Below, in pieces: positions 30,439-40,913 of a stretch of 64,000 bases of DNA. Under the pieces are notes generated by a model. It searched no databases and was not told the DNA's origin. It worked only from the letters and a program-made list of their open reading frames with translations. Origin of the DNA: Nitrososphaeria archaeon (GTDB lineage Archaea; Thermoproteota; Nitrososphaeria; JACIWG01); contig CAVVXT010000019.1 of assembly GCA_963752255.1 (NCBI GenBank), positions 32,001 to 96,000 of the forward strand, given 5' to 3'. How positions within the stretch are numbered: the stretch's first letter is position 1; each line of letters begins with the position of its first letter. Made by a program: the position numbers and the translations under genes.

Positions 30439-32641
30439 GGTCGGCTGGGTCCTTGACGTCTACACAGAAGACAACTTAGCTTTTATCTGGATTCGAACAG
30501 AAGACAATAAGGTTATCAGGCTCCAAGACCATTACCATCCAAGCCTTTACATTCTTCCTAAGACATATGAAGATGGTGAACAGCTTCTATCCGCCCTACA
30601 GAATCAGATGGACATAAGAAGAACGACTTGGGTAGAAAAATACACGAACCTAAGGGAAGGGGAAAAGAAAAGGCTCATCCATGTTGTCGTCGAAGACGCC
30701 TTAGCCTACAGGCAGATAGTAGGGGCCCTTAAAAGACAGGAGCAAGTGATGGAGCTCTTCAACTTAGATCTTCTACATCTGCAACAGTATTTGTTTACAA
30801 GGCTTCAGATTGAACCGACCAGCAAGGTCGAATTCCTGCACGGCACAAATAGGTGCTTGTCAGAAATCAGAAAGGTTGATGACAGTAAAGAGATAGAGCC
30901 TCCACCTTTTACGACACTGCACTTTGACATAAACATCGGAGCAGCGTCTCTAACTCCAAACCCTCAAACAGATCCAATAACTTCGATAGAAACAAGATTT
31001 GAAGATAAAGAAACTCTTATCGAAGGAAGTGAAGAGGAGGTTCTAAAGGGATTCGAATCGATTGTGAAGGAGAAGGACCCTGATTTCATAGTTACACAAA
31101 ACTGCGATAAATTCGCTTTCCCATACCTGCAGACACGGGCAAGATCGCTGAACCTTAAAATGCAACTCGGAAGAGAAGATGTGGATTCCGATAGTTTTAA
31201 CAGGTCTCTTCCATATTGTGCACGAGGAAGAGTGGCTATCGGCTACGAATCCTATGGCATATTGCACGATAAATGGGGAATAGCTGGCCTTGTCGAACGT
31301 TCACGATTCGGGTTTCTTCCACCTGGTTTAGCAGCAAGGTGGTCCGCTAACAGGGTCAACGACAGCCGCGTCTGTTATGAACTACTCCAAAAGGATTATG
31401 TGATTCCGAAGAACACCGGCTACTATGAATACATTCGGCCCATGAAGGAGATCTTTGAACGCGATAAGGGTGGTATGATCATCCCTCCCAAAATAGGTGA
31501 GGTGCACGCCAACGTAGCAGAATTGGACTATGAATCGGAGTACCCAAACCTGATCGTCAAAGAATGTATAAGTTTCGAAACCGTAGGTCCAAAAGGACTG
31601 GATAAAAGGGATGACGCGATACTCCCATTAGTGACAGGGAAGGTTCTGGAGCGAAGATTATATTTTAAGAGGCTCCGTAAGAGCTTTCCCAAACAAAGCA
31701 AGGAATGGCTGTGGTGTGAGCAGCGTCAAAATGCTTTGAAGATGGTTTTGGTGTGCATTTATGGCACTTCAGGGTGTTGTTGGAACAGGTTCGGCAATGT
31801 ACTGGCCTTCGAGGAAATAAACAGAAAATCTAGGCAGGTAATGATTAGGACAAAAGACTATGTTCAGAGCCAGGGCTTTGAACTGATATATGCGGACACA
31901 GATTCTGTCTTCGTCAAAAAGGATGATGCGACAAAAGAAGATTACGAACAGCTAGCCGTACAACTAAGTAGGCTCATGGGTCTCCCGATTTCCTTGGATC
32001 ATCACTACAGGTTCCTTCTTCTACTACCGTTGGAGGCAGACCCTTCTCTGAATATGGAGGCGCAGAAACACTACTTTGGCGTCCTTTATGATGGAGAGCT
32101 TATCGCTAGAGGAATAGAGTTAAGACGACATGACACGCCGTCCTTCATAAAGGAGTTCCAAGCCAAGCTCATTCAAACCCTATTCGATTGTACGACTGTT
32201 GAAGAAGTATGCAACGTTGGATATGAGCGCGCCATGCTTCTCATCACAAGAACCATAGACAAAATTATGGGTGGAGATATATCATTTGAAGAATTGGTGG
32301 TCTCTAAGACGCTTAGGAAAACGGTGGATAAATATAGAAGTGTGCTTCCACATGTGGCTGCGGCCATCCAACTCGCAAGCAAAGGCAAACAGGTAAAGTC
32401 TGGCGAAGACATTAACTTCATCTACATGGATTCAGACCACCACAACCCTCTCTGTCGCGTCATACCATTAGAGCTAGCAAGCTCCCACGTAAACATAGAC
32501 AAAGAAAAGTATCGTGACATGTTATTGGATGCGGCTGAGACGGTTCTTTCAACCTTCGGTTTTTCAAGAGAAGCCTATGGCATCTATAAATCAAGGTCTT
32601 GGTTAGGAGAACTAAGAGAAGAAATAAGAAAAAAGGTCTAA
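30413..32641 (+). CDS. polB2: family B DNA polymerase, PolB2/Dpo2 group; exonuclease motifs degenerate
   Basis: DYESEYP (A), QNALKMVLVCIYG (B), YADTDS (C), KHYFG, RGIELRRHD; ExoI FDIN, ExoII NCDKFAF. Confidence 0.9.
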   Translation: MEVLQMVPEVGWVLDVYTEDNLAFIWIRTEDNKVIRLQDHYHPSLYILPKTYEDGEQLLSALQNQMDIRRTTWVEKYTNLREGEKKRLIHVVVEDALAYRQIVGALKRQEQVMELFNLDLLHLQQYLFTRLQIEPTSKVEFLHGTNRCLSEIRKVDDSKEIEPPPFTTLHFDINIGAASLTPNPQTDPITSIETRFEDKETLIEGSEEEVLKGFESIVKEKDPDFIVTQNCDKFAFPYLQTRARSLNLKMQLGREDVDSDSFNRSLPYCARGRVAIGYESYGILHDKWGIAGLVERSRFGFLPPGLAARWSANRVNDSRVCYELLQKDYVIPKNTGYYEYIRPMKEIFERDKGGMIIPPKIGEVHANVAELDYESEYPNLIVKECISFETVGPKGLDKRDDAILPLVTGKVLERRLYFKRLRKSFPKQSKEWLWCEQRQNALKMVLVCIYGTSGCCWNRFGNVLAFEEINRKSRQVMIRTKDYVQSQGFELIYADTDSVFVKKDDATKEDYEQLAVQLSRLMGLPISLDHHYRFLLLLPLEADPSLNMEAQKHYFGVLYDGELIARGIELRRHDTPSFIKEFQAKLIQTLFDCTTVEEVCNVGYERAMLLITRTIDKIMGGDISFEELVVSKTLRKTVDKYRSVLPHVAAAIQLASKGKQVKSGEDINFIYMDSDHHNPLCRVIPLELASSHVNIDKEKYRDMLLDAAETVLSTFGFSREAYGIYKSRSWLGELREEIRKKV

Positions 32642-32646
32642 CAAGA

Positions 32647-32790
32647 ATGGGCAAGTTTGATTATATAATATTCAAGAAGCTGAAAGGGGAAGAAGCTAGG
32701 AAAAGAGGATGTGGCATCAACAAATTGCTTAATTCAATCCTAAAAGGGGTCTTGCATGACCCTGAAAAAAGGTCCAGAGGCCACTTCTAA
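32647..32790 (+). CDS. possible small ribbon-helix-helix-like protein or remnant
   Basis: EEARKRGCGINKLLNSIL resembles RHH helices. Confidence 0.3.
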   Translation: MGKFDYIIFKKLKGEEARKRGCGINKLLNSILKGVLHDPEKRSRGHF

Positions 32791-33415
32791 GTATTATCTT
32801 CCTGTAAGCAACATTTTCAAAAGATTTTATATTATGTCCAGGCATAATATAAACAAGTTTGCCGTTACCGATTTGTCTTGTCCATCCAGCTGGATAGGTA
32901 TTCCCTTCATGATAGTATATCATGAATATGCTTTTTTCAGCATAATCAAACATCTCATAACGGTAAGGTTCATCTTCTATTTCAAATTCACTTATTCCAT
33001 TCATTATGTAATCATTATTTCCCGTAGATTTTACTGCAAGCTTTGTATATGCGGGATGACCTAAAAATTTTGCTCCAACCATTTCAGCATATTCTTTGTT
33101 CGAATCAAGAGAAATGCCGTTATGTATAATGAGGAGTCCACCTCCATTTTTTATAAAATCCAAAAGGTTGTGGGTAAGGGTTTTTCCAACTATTTTTCCC
33201 CAGCAGTCTACGTATAAAATACAAAGATCATAGTCTTTAAAATGTTCTGATGAAAGTATATTGTAATCTTCAGTACAGGTTAAAGAAAAATTATCCTTAA
33301 AAATGCTTTCAATTTCTTTGTCTATCGCTGTCAAAGGATGATATTGCGGATTTGAATAATCTCCAAGTAATAATGCTTTTTTACTTTTGTTTTCCATTTG
33401 ATTCCTCTTTACCAT
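32729..33415 (-). CDS. ThuA-like (class I glutamine amidotransferase-like) protein
   Basis: GGGLLIIHNG, GAKFLGHP, IEDEPY, GNGKLVYIMPGH; AT-rich. Confidence 0.85.
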   Translation of the reverse strand: MVKRNQMENKSKKALLLGDYSNPQYHPLTAIDKEIESIFKDNFSLTCTEDYNILSSEHFKDYDLCILYVDCWGKIVGKTLTHNLLDFIKNGGGLLIIHNGISLDSNKEYAEMVGAKFLGHPAYTKLAVKSTGNNDYIMNGISEFEIEDEPYRYEMFDYAEKSIFMIYYHEGNTYPAGWTRQIGNGKLVYIMPGHNIKSFENVAYRKIILRSGLWTFFQGHARPLLGLN

Positions 33416-33515
33416 TCCACTTGGGGGTTTTTCATGAAATATTCACATTTTGGAACTCATATTTAAAGCTGCTTTTGAATCAGTATGCAAACCAGCTTAT
33501 TTTTCACCTCTTAAG

Positions 33516-33576
33516 TCAGAAATTTAATAACGAGAAATCGGAAAATTTAATAACGTAAAATCGGAATATTAATAAC
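33516..33576 (+). repeat. three ~22-bp tandem repeats (TTAATAAC core) immediately upstream of the permease
   Basis: gaaatttaataacgagaaatc / ggaaaatttaataacgtaaaatc / ggaatattaataac-ATG. Confidence 0.65.
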
Positions 33577-34371
33577 ATGAGATGGTTAAAAGATAAATCG
33601 CCCTTTATCATTACTTCCCTAATCCTAGGCGTAGTCATGGTTCTGTTCCTCGGAATTCCAATCCTGGAGTCTTTGGCCGGTTCTTCCACCGGCCTCCTAT
33701 CAGCCTTAACTGATGTGCAAACCATCAACGCTATAGCAACTAGCTTCTACTGTGCGACCCTCGCCACCCTTTTCACCTTCGTCTCAGGAGTTCCCCTTGC
33801 ATATTTGACGACGAGGTATAAGTTCCCGGGTAAAGCCGTTATAAACTCGCTCATAGATATTCCGATCTTAATTCCCCACAACGCTGCTGGAATAGCGCTC
33901 CTTTTCGCGCTTGGCCCAAACTCCGTGATAGGTGGACTAAACAAATCTTTGGGGATAAATGTCGTCGATACCTATCTGGGAATAGTAGTAGCTATGGCGT
34001 TCGTCAGTGCTCCATTCACTATCAGGAGCGCCCAAGAAGCTTTCTCGTCTGTGAATCCATCAATGGAGAAGGCGGCGAGGAGCATGGGTGCAAGTAACCT
34101 GAAGGTCTTCACGAATGTGACCTTCCCCTTAGCTTCAAGGGGAATCATGGCCGGGTGCGTCTTGACCTGGGCTAGGGCGATCGCCGAGTTCGGTGCAGTG
34201 GTAATCCTCGCCTACTACCCAAAGACCGCCGCTGTGGACCTATACGACGTCTTCGTGAGCGGAGGGTTGAGCGCTGCCATGCCAATCACAGGAATACTGA
34301 TCATCTTCTCCGTAATCCTCCTAATAATTTTTAGGAAAGCTCTCATTAGGCCAACAGATACGTTGCGCTGA
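33577..34371 (+). CDS. wtpB: tungstate/molybdate ABC permease (WtpB/ModB)
   Basis: DIPILIPHNAAGIALL, EKAARSMGAS, WARAIAEFGAV. Confidence 0.88.
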   Translation: MRWLKDKSPFIITSLILGVVMVLFLGIPILESLAGSSTGLLSALTDVQTINAIATSFYCATLATLFTFVSGVPLAYLTTRYKFPGKAVINSLIDIPILIPHNAAGIALLFALGPNSVIGGLNKSLGINVVDTYLGIVVAMAFVSAPFTIRSAQEAFSSVNPSMEKAARSMGASNLKVFTNVTFPLASRGIMAGCVLTWARAIAEFGAVVILAYYPKTAAVDLYDVFVSGGLSAAMPITGILIIFSVILLIIFRKALIRPTDTLR

Positions 34372-34387
34372 AATAAGGTGAAACAAG

Positions 34388-35440
34388 TTGGGATTAAGAG
34401 TCGAGGGAGTCAGCAAAGCATGGAGGGGCTTCGCGCTCACCGACATAAATCTAGAGATAAGTGACGGCGAATACTTTGTGCTGCTTGGCCCCACAGGCGC
34501 AGGCAAATCCCTCCTCTTAGAAGTCATTGAAGGTTTCTACAAACCCGACAAGGGCAAAATATTTCTTAACGGCAAGGACATCACGTCGTATCCTCCAGAA
34601 AGGAGGAAAATTGGGTACGTACCGCAGAAAGACACCCTTTTCCCTCATATGACGGTGCGGCAGAACATTGAGTTTGGCCTAAAGATGCAAGGGAAGCTAG
34701 AAAGTGAGAGGCGAAAAAAAGTGAACGAGATGTCCATGATGTTGGGTTTGGAAAAACTTGAAAACAGGTTTCCGCCCACACTTAGCGGTGGGGAAAAGCA
34801 GAAGGTGGCACTCGCGCGAGTCCTAGCCATAGAACCCGAGTTAGTCCTTTTGGACGAGCCGTTGAGCTCAATGGACGCGGAAACGAGGCAGATCCTTAGG
34901 GAAGAACTGAAAAGAATAAACAAGGACCTCAAATTTACAACAATGCACGTTACACATGATCAATTGGAAGCCTTCTACCTAGCCAAACGACTAGGAGTAA
35001 TTCGCGGCGGAAGAATGATACGGCTTGGAGAGACAAGAGAAATCTTCGAAAACCCGCAAAATAGTTTTCTCGCAAGATTCCTTGGCTACGAAAACATACA
35101 CCCAGTCCAGGTCGCTGATAAACAGAAAAAATTGTTGACTTTGACCCCATTTGGCCATCAACTAATAACTGCGGGCGAAATAAAGGAAGACACTAACCTG
35201 ATTGGAATTCACCCCAGCGATATCACCATCTCAAGAATGCCGCCTTGTCCCGTGGAGAATCTCCTCAAAGGAATGACGAAGGATTACAGCGACCTCGGCC
35301 CCACCGTAATGGTAACAGTCGACGCAGGACCGATGATCAAAGCCGCAATCCCCAAAAGAATTTACCTAAACCACGAGCTCTACCCAGAACAGGAAGTATG
35401 GCTTTCCTTCACTGCCGACTCCGTCAAGATCTTGGAATAA
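34388..35440 (+). CDS. wtpC: tungstate/molybdate ABC ATPase with TOBE domain (WtpC/ModC)
   Basis: GPTGAGKS, LSGGEKQ, LLDEP, HVTHD, C-terminal TOBE. Confidence 0.88.
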   Translation: MGLRVEGVSKAWRGFALTDINLEISDGEYFVLLGPTGAGKSLLLEVIEGFYKPDKGKIFLNGKDITSYPPERRKIGYVPQKDTLFPHMTVRQNIEFGLKMQGKLESERRKKVNEMSMMLGLEKLENRFPPTLSGGEKQKVALARVLAIEPELVLLDEPLSSMDAETRQILREELKRINKDLKFTTMHVTHDQLEAFYLAKRLGVIRGGRMIRLGETREIFENPQNSFLARFLGYENIHPVQVADKQKKLLTLTPFGHQLITAGEIKEDTNLIGIHPSDITISRMPPCPVENLLKGMTKDYSDLGPTVMVTVDAGPMIKAAIPKRIYLNHELYPEQEVWLSFTADSVKILE

Positions 35441-35801
35441 GGCAGAGAAGGAAACTAAGTTTTCTTCTTGTCTAATTAACTGGAGGCGTCAATATTCTTC
35501 TTAAAGTTGGCAGTAATTAGATCTTTGAGAAGACTTTGATTACCGTAATATTTCGCTGTCAATTGGATTGTGATCAATGATCTGTAGCCAAAAAACGAAT
35601 CACATACAGAGAGCAGAAAACTATGCCAAATCGTCATAAATCAATCTTAACTAAGTTAAAGCCACATTCAGAAATCGTGGAAAAAAAAGACCTAATTGAA
35701 TCATCGTTAATCCCCCCCACTCGAATCCTAAATGACTTTGTCATACTTCGCTAAAATTTATTAAGATGATTGATCTTGCGCTAGCTTCAAGATGAAACAT
35801 A

Positions 35802-36728
35802 ATGGAAAAGAGAACTAAGATCCTTTCCGCCTTTATCATCATAATAATCATTTCCATTATGGCAACCGTGGCAATCTATTATCGCACTCTACAAACTACG
35901 AACCCATTACCCTCAGGAGAACCTCCAGATTGTCAGATCACTGTCACAGGCAGCGTCAGGCAAGAAAGAACATGGACATTAAAAGAAATCTCTGAAATGC
36001 CATTAACAAACGTCAATGTTGTAACTGATGGCGAAAACACGACCTACATCGGGGTAAGTCTTTTAGAATTTTGCAACCAAAGCGGTATGTTCTGGGACGC
36101 GGGACCAATTAGAATCATCGCCACAAATGGACAAAGCGTAACCTTGAACGTTTTTCAAGCTTGGAACAGCACAGCTTATCCTCGGTATCAAATAAACAAT
36201 AGGATAATTCTAGCCTTCGTAAAGGATGGACAATGGATGACAAAGGAGACAGGTGGGCCGGTGAAACTAATCACTCCAGCGTTTGGGGAACAATATCAAG
36301 TAGACAGTGTAGCTGATTTGAACATTGGTCTTTGGACCGTGTCAATTTCGGGAGCTGTTTCGAACCCTCTCACATTTACAGGAGAAAACATGACAAACTT
36401 CCAGGAGAGAACCATTGAATCAGAATTTGCTCCTGGTGATTCACCCCAAGTAACCGCAAACTGGACCGGTCTGTCTATGCTAGGTCTGCTTCAAGCCTCA
36501 AATATGTCAAATAAAGTCAAAATGATAACAATTATCGCAATCGATGGCTACGAAGAAAACTTCACAATTCAACAAATCAAAGATTCACAAATGCTTGTCG
36601 GTTTTAAAGAGAACAGCACGTATCTCCCACTAAGTCAAGGAGGACCATTCAGATTGTTCCTACCTGTCGATGAATATAAATGGGGATACAGGTGGGCTAA
36701 ATTTGTCTGCCAGGTAGTAGTCTCATGA
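35802..36728 (+). CDS. membrane-anchored protein with two molybdopterin-oxidoreductase-like (SO-family) domains
   Basis: N-terminal TM; ITVTG/VSISG...WTGLS...AIDGY...GGPFRL...RWAKFV. Confidence 0.75.
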   Translation: MEKRTKILSAFIIIIIISIMATVAIYYRTLQTTNPLPSGEPPDCQITVTGSVRQERTWTLKEISEMPLTNVNVVTDGENTTYIGVSLLEFCNQSGMFWDAGPIRIIATNGQSVTLNVFQAWNSTAYPRYQINNRIILAFVKDGQWMTKETGGPVKLITPAFGEQYQVDSVADLNIGLWTVSISGAVSNPLTFTGENMTNFQERTIESEFAPGDSPQVTANWTGLSMLGLLQASNMSNKVKMITIIAIDGYEENFTIQQIKDSQMLVGFKENSTYLPLSQGGPFRLFLPVDEYKWGYRWAKFVCQVVVS

Positions 36729-36875
36729 TCGTACGTGGTTCTGCTTGACAAATAGCACAACATTATAGACCAACATCATAACGGTAGGGTGATTTCTTGA
36801 ACGAGTTTGGGTTCTTACGATGAAAGGTGATTTCTCTCTTAGCCAAACCAATTATTCCTGTTCTAAGAGCACAAA

Positions 36876-37960
36876 CTAGGACTCTTTCAAAACCATTTGC
36901 TGAAGACTTTTGGGGAGCGCTTGAGGATTATCCGTGAAGGAGGGAGTGAAGATGGGTTGCCATGACTGTTCAAAATCGGTTCTCCCTTGTCCATTCAAAA
37001 CAAATTGAATAAACTGTCGTTGCTAACGCTGGATTTGGCGCATTTATGGGTATCGTCATTCCGTAGTATATTGTTTCTCCCGTTCTGTCTAGGCTTACCG
37101 TGGCAAATCTTTGATGTCCGTATGACACATACACCTGCGCATAGTTCTGATTGTATTGGATGGAGCCAAGGTTCACCTCGTTTGGAAGATTAATGTAGGA
37201 AAAGCCATACTGATTCGCATTGCTGAGGTAGAGAAAGCAGTAATCAAGATAGCCTTCTTGGAGAAGCGGAATGAGGTCAACTTCGCTCGCCCTTAGGATT
37301 ATCTTGTTTCCAGCAGGTTGTTGTGTGTCAGGAATAGTGATTGTATATCCTGTTCCATTCATGACGGAATTTATGGGAGGGTTGAAGTTGTCCGTGATTA
37401 GGTCATGAAATAGCTCGGGATCACCGTAGTAGGTTGAGGCAAGTTGAACTGTGATCAGCGTTCTGTAGCCGAGCGCGTCCAGTTCAGGATTTACTAATCC
37501 TATTTTCACGCTGGGCTGAGTCAGTACAGAATACCAGTTACTGGAGTTGATTTCGTCTGCATATTGACTGCGATTGGTGTAGGCTAAGACCATACTGTTA
37601 GTGGAAAATCTGATATAGTAATCTGCGAAGCTTTGGTTTGTGCCTGAGACTTTTGTCTTATACATCATGGTTGGAATTAGGGAGTAGTCAGCGACCATAA
37701 GGAGGTCCGACGCTCTGACCTAGCTCCGTCACTTGCCTAATGACTTGAATGCTGCCGTGTGCTTCAAGTTGTACATTTATGTTCGGGTTGGCTTTCTCGA
37801 AGTCAGCTTGAACTTTTTGAAGCGGGTACAATAGGCTTGTGGCGCAGTAGATCGTAAGTGTCTGCTTTGATGGATAATTGGAAAAATAAAACGTGGAGGA
37901 AATTAAGGCCACCGCGAGGATCGCCACGATTAAGGCCGTCGCGATGTAAGCGTTTCTCAC
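36876..37960 (-). pseudogene. wtpA: WtpA tungstate/molybdate-binding protein with two frameshifts (near 37708 and 37018)
   Basis: CATSL, EAHGSIQVIRQVTEL, ADYSLIP, NPELDALGYR, IYYGMTIP..APNP; shifted frame continues QFIQFVLNGQG...KES* at 36876. Confidence 0.85.
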
Positions 37961-37991
37961 TTGGCCTCATTTCCTATCTTATTTTCATGAT

Positions 37992-39494
37992 CTAGGGGTT
38001 TACCTGAATCTTCACCGCCATGCTCGCCCATTTGTTTCCGTCCGTGAGCAAGCCCTGAGGCCCTACAGTCGCGATTTTCAAAGGTTCTCCGGAAGTTAGC
38101 GCTGCTCCATTTAGGTAATAGGCTACGATCATCGTCATAGGTTGGGTGGCTGACATTGGGTTTCCTGTCGTGGGGTCGTACGTGTTCAGCCCCTGCCCAT
38201 TCAGCTGTTGATAGGTGTAAACCATCGAATATCCATCGCTAGCCGTGACTGTCACGTTTTGGTTTGCAGTGATGCCGCCTACTAGGTTCAGGAGGGTCAT
38301 AATTGGTACACCGGTATAATTACCGAAGCCTTGGATTCCACTCTTTCCTTTGTACCCTCCTCCTGCTGTGTATGAGCTGAGAGAGGCAATGTCTTGTGAA
38401 TGCAGTACTATTTGGGTTCCGCTGGAGCCTACTATTGTTAGGTTCAGGTGGGGTATCGGCATTATTTGAATTTGGACTATGTCCTTGACCATTTGTTTCT
38501 TGGTCACGCCTGAACCGACTAGAGTCAAAGGCCAGTACGGGCTGGGGAGTATGGCGCCGTTTAGCTTTGCCGCGACGATTATGTTATTGTTATTGGTGAC
38601 ATAGGTATCATTCATAACGGTGAAATAGCCATCTCCACCTATCACTTTCACAACGTAACCATTGGCCAGAGACACGTTGCTGATGCCGCCGTTGATGACA
38701 CTGTAAGATACGAATTGATCCAGAGCTACACCTGTCCAAACGTTGCCGGTACTATCAGTATAGTTTTGTGGGAAGTGATTGATGTCTGCCATATACGCTT
38801 GCATGTCCATGGTCAGAGGAGTTGTGCCGTTGACAACTAGATTCCAATTCTCCACACTCTGAGTTACTTCTATTTTGTCCACTAATTTAGTCCAGAAATG
38901 GCCTTCAGTGAGTAAACCTTGGGGTCCCAGAATAACGAGTCTTAGGGGTCCTACATCAGAAGTTAGGGCCGTGCCGTTATAGTAATATGCGACTACCACG
39001 GTCAATGGTTGAGTAGCTGAGGATTCGCTGCCAGTCACTTGATCATAGGTGACGTAACCTTGGCCGTTCAGCTGTTGATAGGTGTAAACCATCGAATATC
39101 CGTCTTTGGCTGTTATAGTGACCGTTTGGTTTGCAGTGATGCCGCCTACTAGGTTCAGGAGGGTCATAATTGGTACACCGGTATAATTACCGAAGCCGCC
39201 GATCATTCCACCGCTGCTCTTGTAGCCTCCGTGCCCGGAGTAAGCGGTGAGCTTTGCAATGTCACTTGAATTCAAGAATTTTTGATTTCCTGATGCCCCT
39301 ATGAGGGTTAAATTCATTGATGGAAGTGTGGTTGCTGAATTTTTTTTGTTGGATGGGCTTAAATTCAGTTGCCAAACGGCAACGGCTCCTACGACGATGG
39401 CTGCTACGACGATTATAGCGATAACCATGATCGTGACAAACTTTGGCTTGATCATGCCTTTTCTTTCCGAAATCTTTCTCATTTTAAGATTCAC
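37992..39494 (-). CDS. secreted/anchored protein with three molybdopterin-oxidoreductase-like domains
   Basis: N-terminal TM; repeated YTGVP...A.DGY...GPLRL...W.K; internal DNA repeats. Confidence 0.8.
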   Translation of the reverse strand: MNLKMRKISERKGMIKPKFVTIMVIAIIVVAAIVVGAVAVWQLNLSPSNKKNSATTLPSMNLTLIGASGNQKFLNSSDIAKLTAYSGHGGYKSSGGMIGGFGNYTGVPIMTLLNLVGGITANQTVTITAKDGYSMVYTYQQLNGQGYVTYDQVTGSESSATQPLTVVVAYYYNGTALTSDVGPLRLVILGPQGLLTEGHFWTKLVDKIEVTQSVENWNLVVNGTTPLTMDMQAYMADINHFPQNYTDSTGNVWTGVALDQFVSYSVINGGISNVSLANGYVVKVIGGDGYFTVMNDTYVTNNNNIIVAAKLNGAILPSPYWPLTLVGSGVTKKQMVKDIVQIQIMPIPHLNLTIVGSSGTQIVLHSQDIASLSSYTAGGGYKGKSGIQGFGNYTGVPIMTLLNLVGGITANQNVTVTASDGYSMVYTYQQLNGQGLNTYDPTTGNPMSATQPMTMIVAYYLNGAALTSGEPLKIATVGPQGLLTDGNKWASMAVKIQVNP

Positions 39495-39513
39495 CTTAGC
39501 CTTACTGCGACAC

Positions 39514-39536
39514 CGTTATGCTATAAAAACATAACG
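39514..39536. promoter_or_regulatory. ModE-box-like palindrome CGTTATG-N9-CATAACG
   Basis: Perfect 7-bp arms just upstream of the operon leading into wtpA; resembles the ModE consensus CGTTAT...ATAACG. Confidence 0.65.
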
Positions 39537-39994
39537 CTACAAACAACTCCGCCACTTACCAATTCAAAAAACACCCTCCTTCCACATCGACATAGCTTGT
39601 TATCTCTCCTTCTTATCAAGAGTTTTAATTCTTAATAAAATTACGAATGTCGAAGAAATTATGAGATCGCAGAAACTGGCCTGGGGGGATTAATGATCAT
39701 ATCGGTCTAATTTTGAGATTCTTATTAAAACCACATGAACAAGCATCTCCACCTACTATAGTTTTACGTTAATCGTAGATGTTATTTATCAGGATCCTCT
39801 CCTGAAACATGTTTGACCAAACCCTTTTTTTAGCCTTTACTAAGTATCCAGCTCTTTTGCCATATCGTTGTGCTATACTCTCTACAAATGTGGCGCCATG
39901 TAGAGAACCAAAAATGGTAAGACTGAAGGCATGTGTTTTTTTATGATGTTTTAGAATTAGCTTTTAGCATCAAAAGTCTTAAAAAAAGAAGGGG

Positions 39995-40913
39995 TTAGGC
40001 TTTTAGCCTTCTCCTTATGGTGACACCTACTGCAATGGATGCTAATGTTACAACGGTTAAGGCTATCAAGTTGGAAAGTGGAAGCGTGCTTTGTGCAACC
40101 AGTTCCCCTCCTACTTGTCTATTGAACGCTTGAGCGAAAGCGATCTCATTCCGCAACGGCCTCATAGAATCGGTAGTACCTATTGCATAGCCCCATTCCA
40201 TCGGCGATCTTGTGGCAACCACTATTCCGCTGCCAAACCGCCATTGGACATACGTTGGCGCACCTGGGTAAGGTGCAGTAGGCCCTTCGACCATGATCAC
40301 TGTAGCATTGCTGGGCAAGTTAGTGAAATATCCATGTGAGGACCAGAACCAGTTATCCATATTAGTATCGTTTACTACGCCCCAAGGACCATTCATTATC
40401 GGACTACTTACGTCAACGACCGAGACATCCTCTGTTAAATTTGGTGCTATTCCTAGACTTGGAGCACCAGGAAGGTTCAACGTAGCTGGTTCACTTCCAG
40501 TATAGAAAGCCATGTGTACAATGAGAACACCACCATTGTATACGAAGTTTTGGAGTATTGATCTTATTGGGTCACTGTTTATCGCAGCATAATATGCTGG
40601 AGTCTGTGCGCCTGCCTAGTATGATCACTCTATAGGGTGAAAGGTTTGTGGTTGGAAAATTGGTTGTGTTAACTATCATTAAGCTGAATCCGTTGTCGAT
40701 TATCGCCAGCTGGTTCGAGCTTGTCCCCCATGGTGCCTAATCTTGTAGGATAAGTTTGTCTAGAAGTCCTGTTCCTTGTGGCTGTCCCACCTGAGATGGC
40801 TGCATGCCTGGTGGCTTCACGCCGTCTATGCTAGATGCGAAGACAGCAAGAGGAGATATTGAGATTAATATACCCAGTACGATTATTAGCGACAGCTTCT
40901 CTGCGTTTTTCAA
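39995..40913 (-). pseudogene. secreted GATase-like-domain protein with C-terminal VGG/TM anchor; in-frame TAG at 40737 and frameshift near 40617
   Basis: Signal peptide from TTG 40913, LQD*APWG, NFVYNGGVLIVH joining ORF 39995..40513; C-term QVGG...TM...RRRLKA. Confidence 0.6.

Noticed and set aside
38200-39197. Diversity-generating retroelement TR/VR pair
   Set aside because: No reverse transcriptase, both copies are in one ORF, and differences are not adenine-specific.
40737-40739. In-frame TAG as pyrrolysine readthrough
   Set aside because: The same gene also has a frameshift and no pyl genes are in the window.
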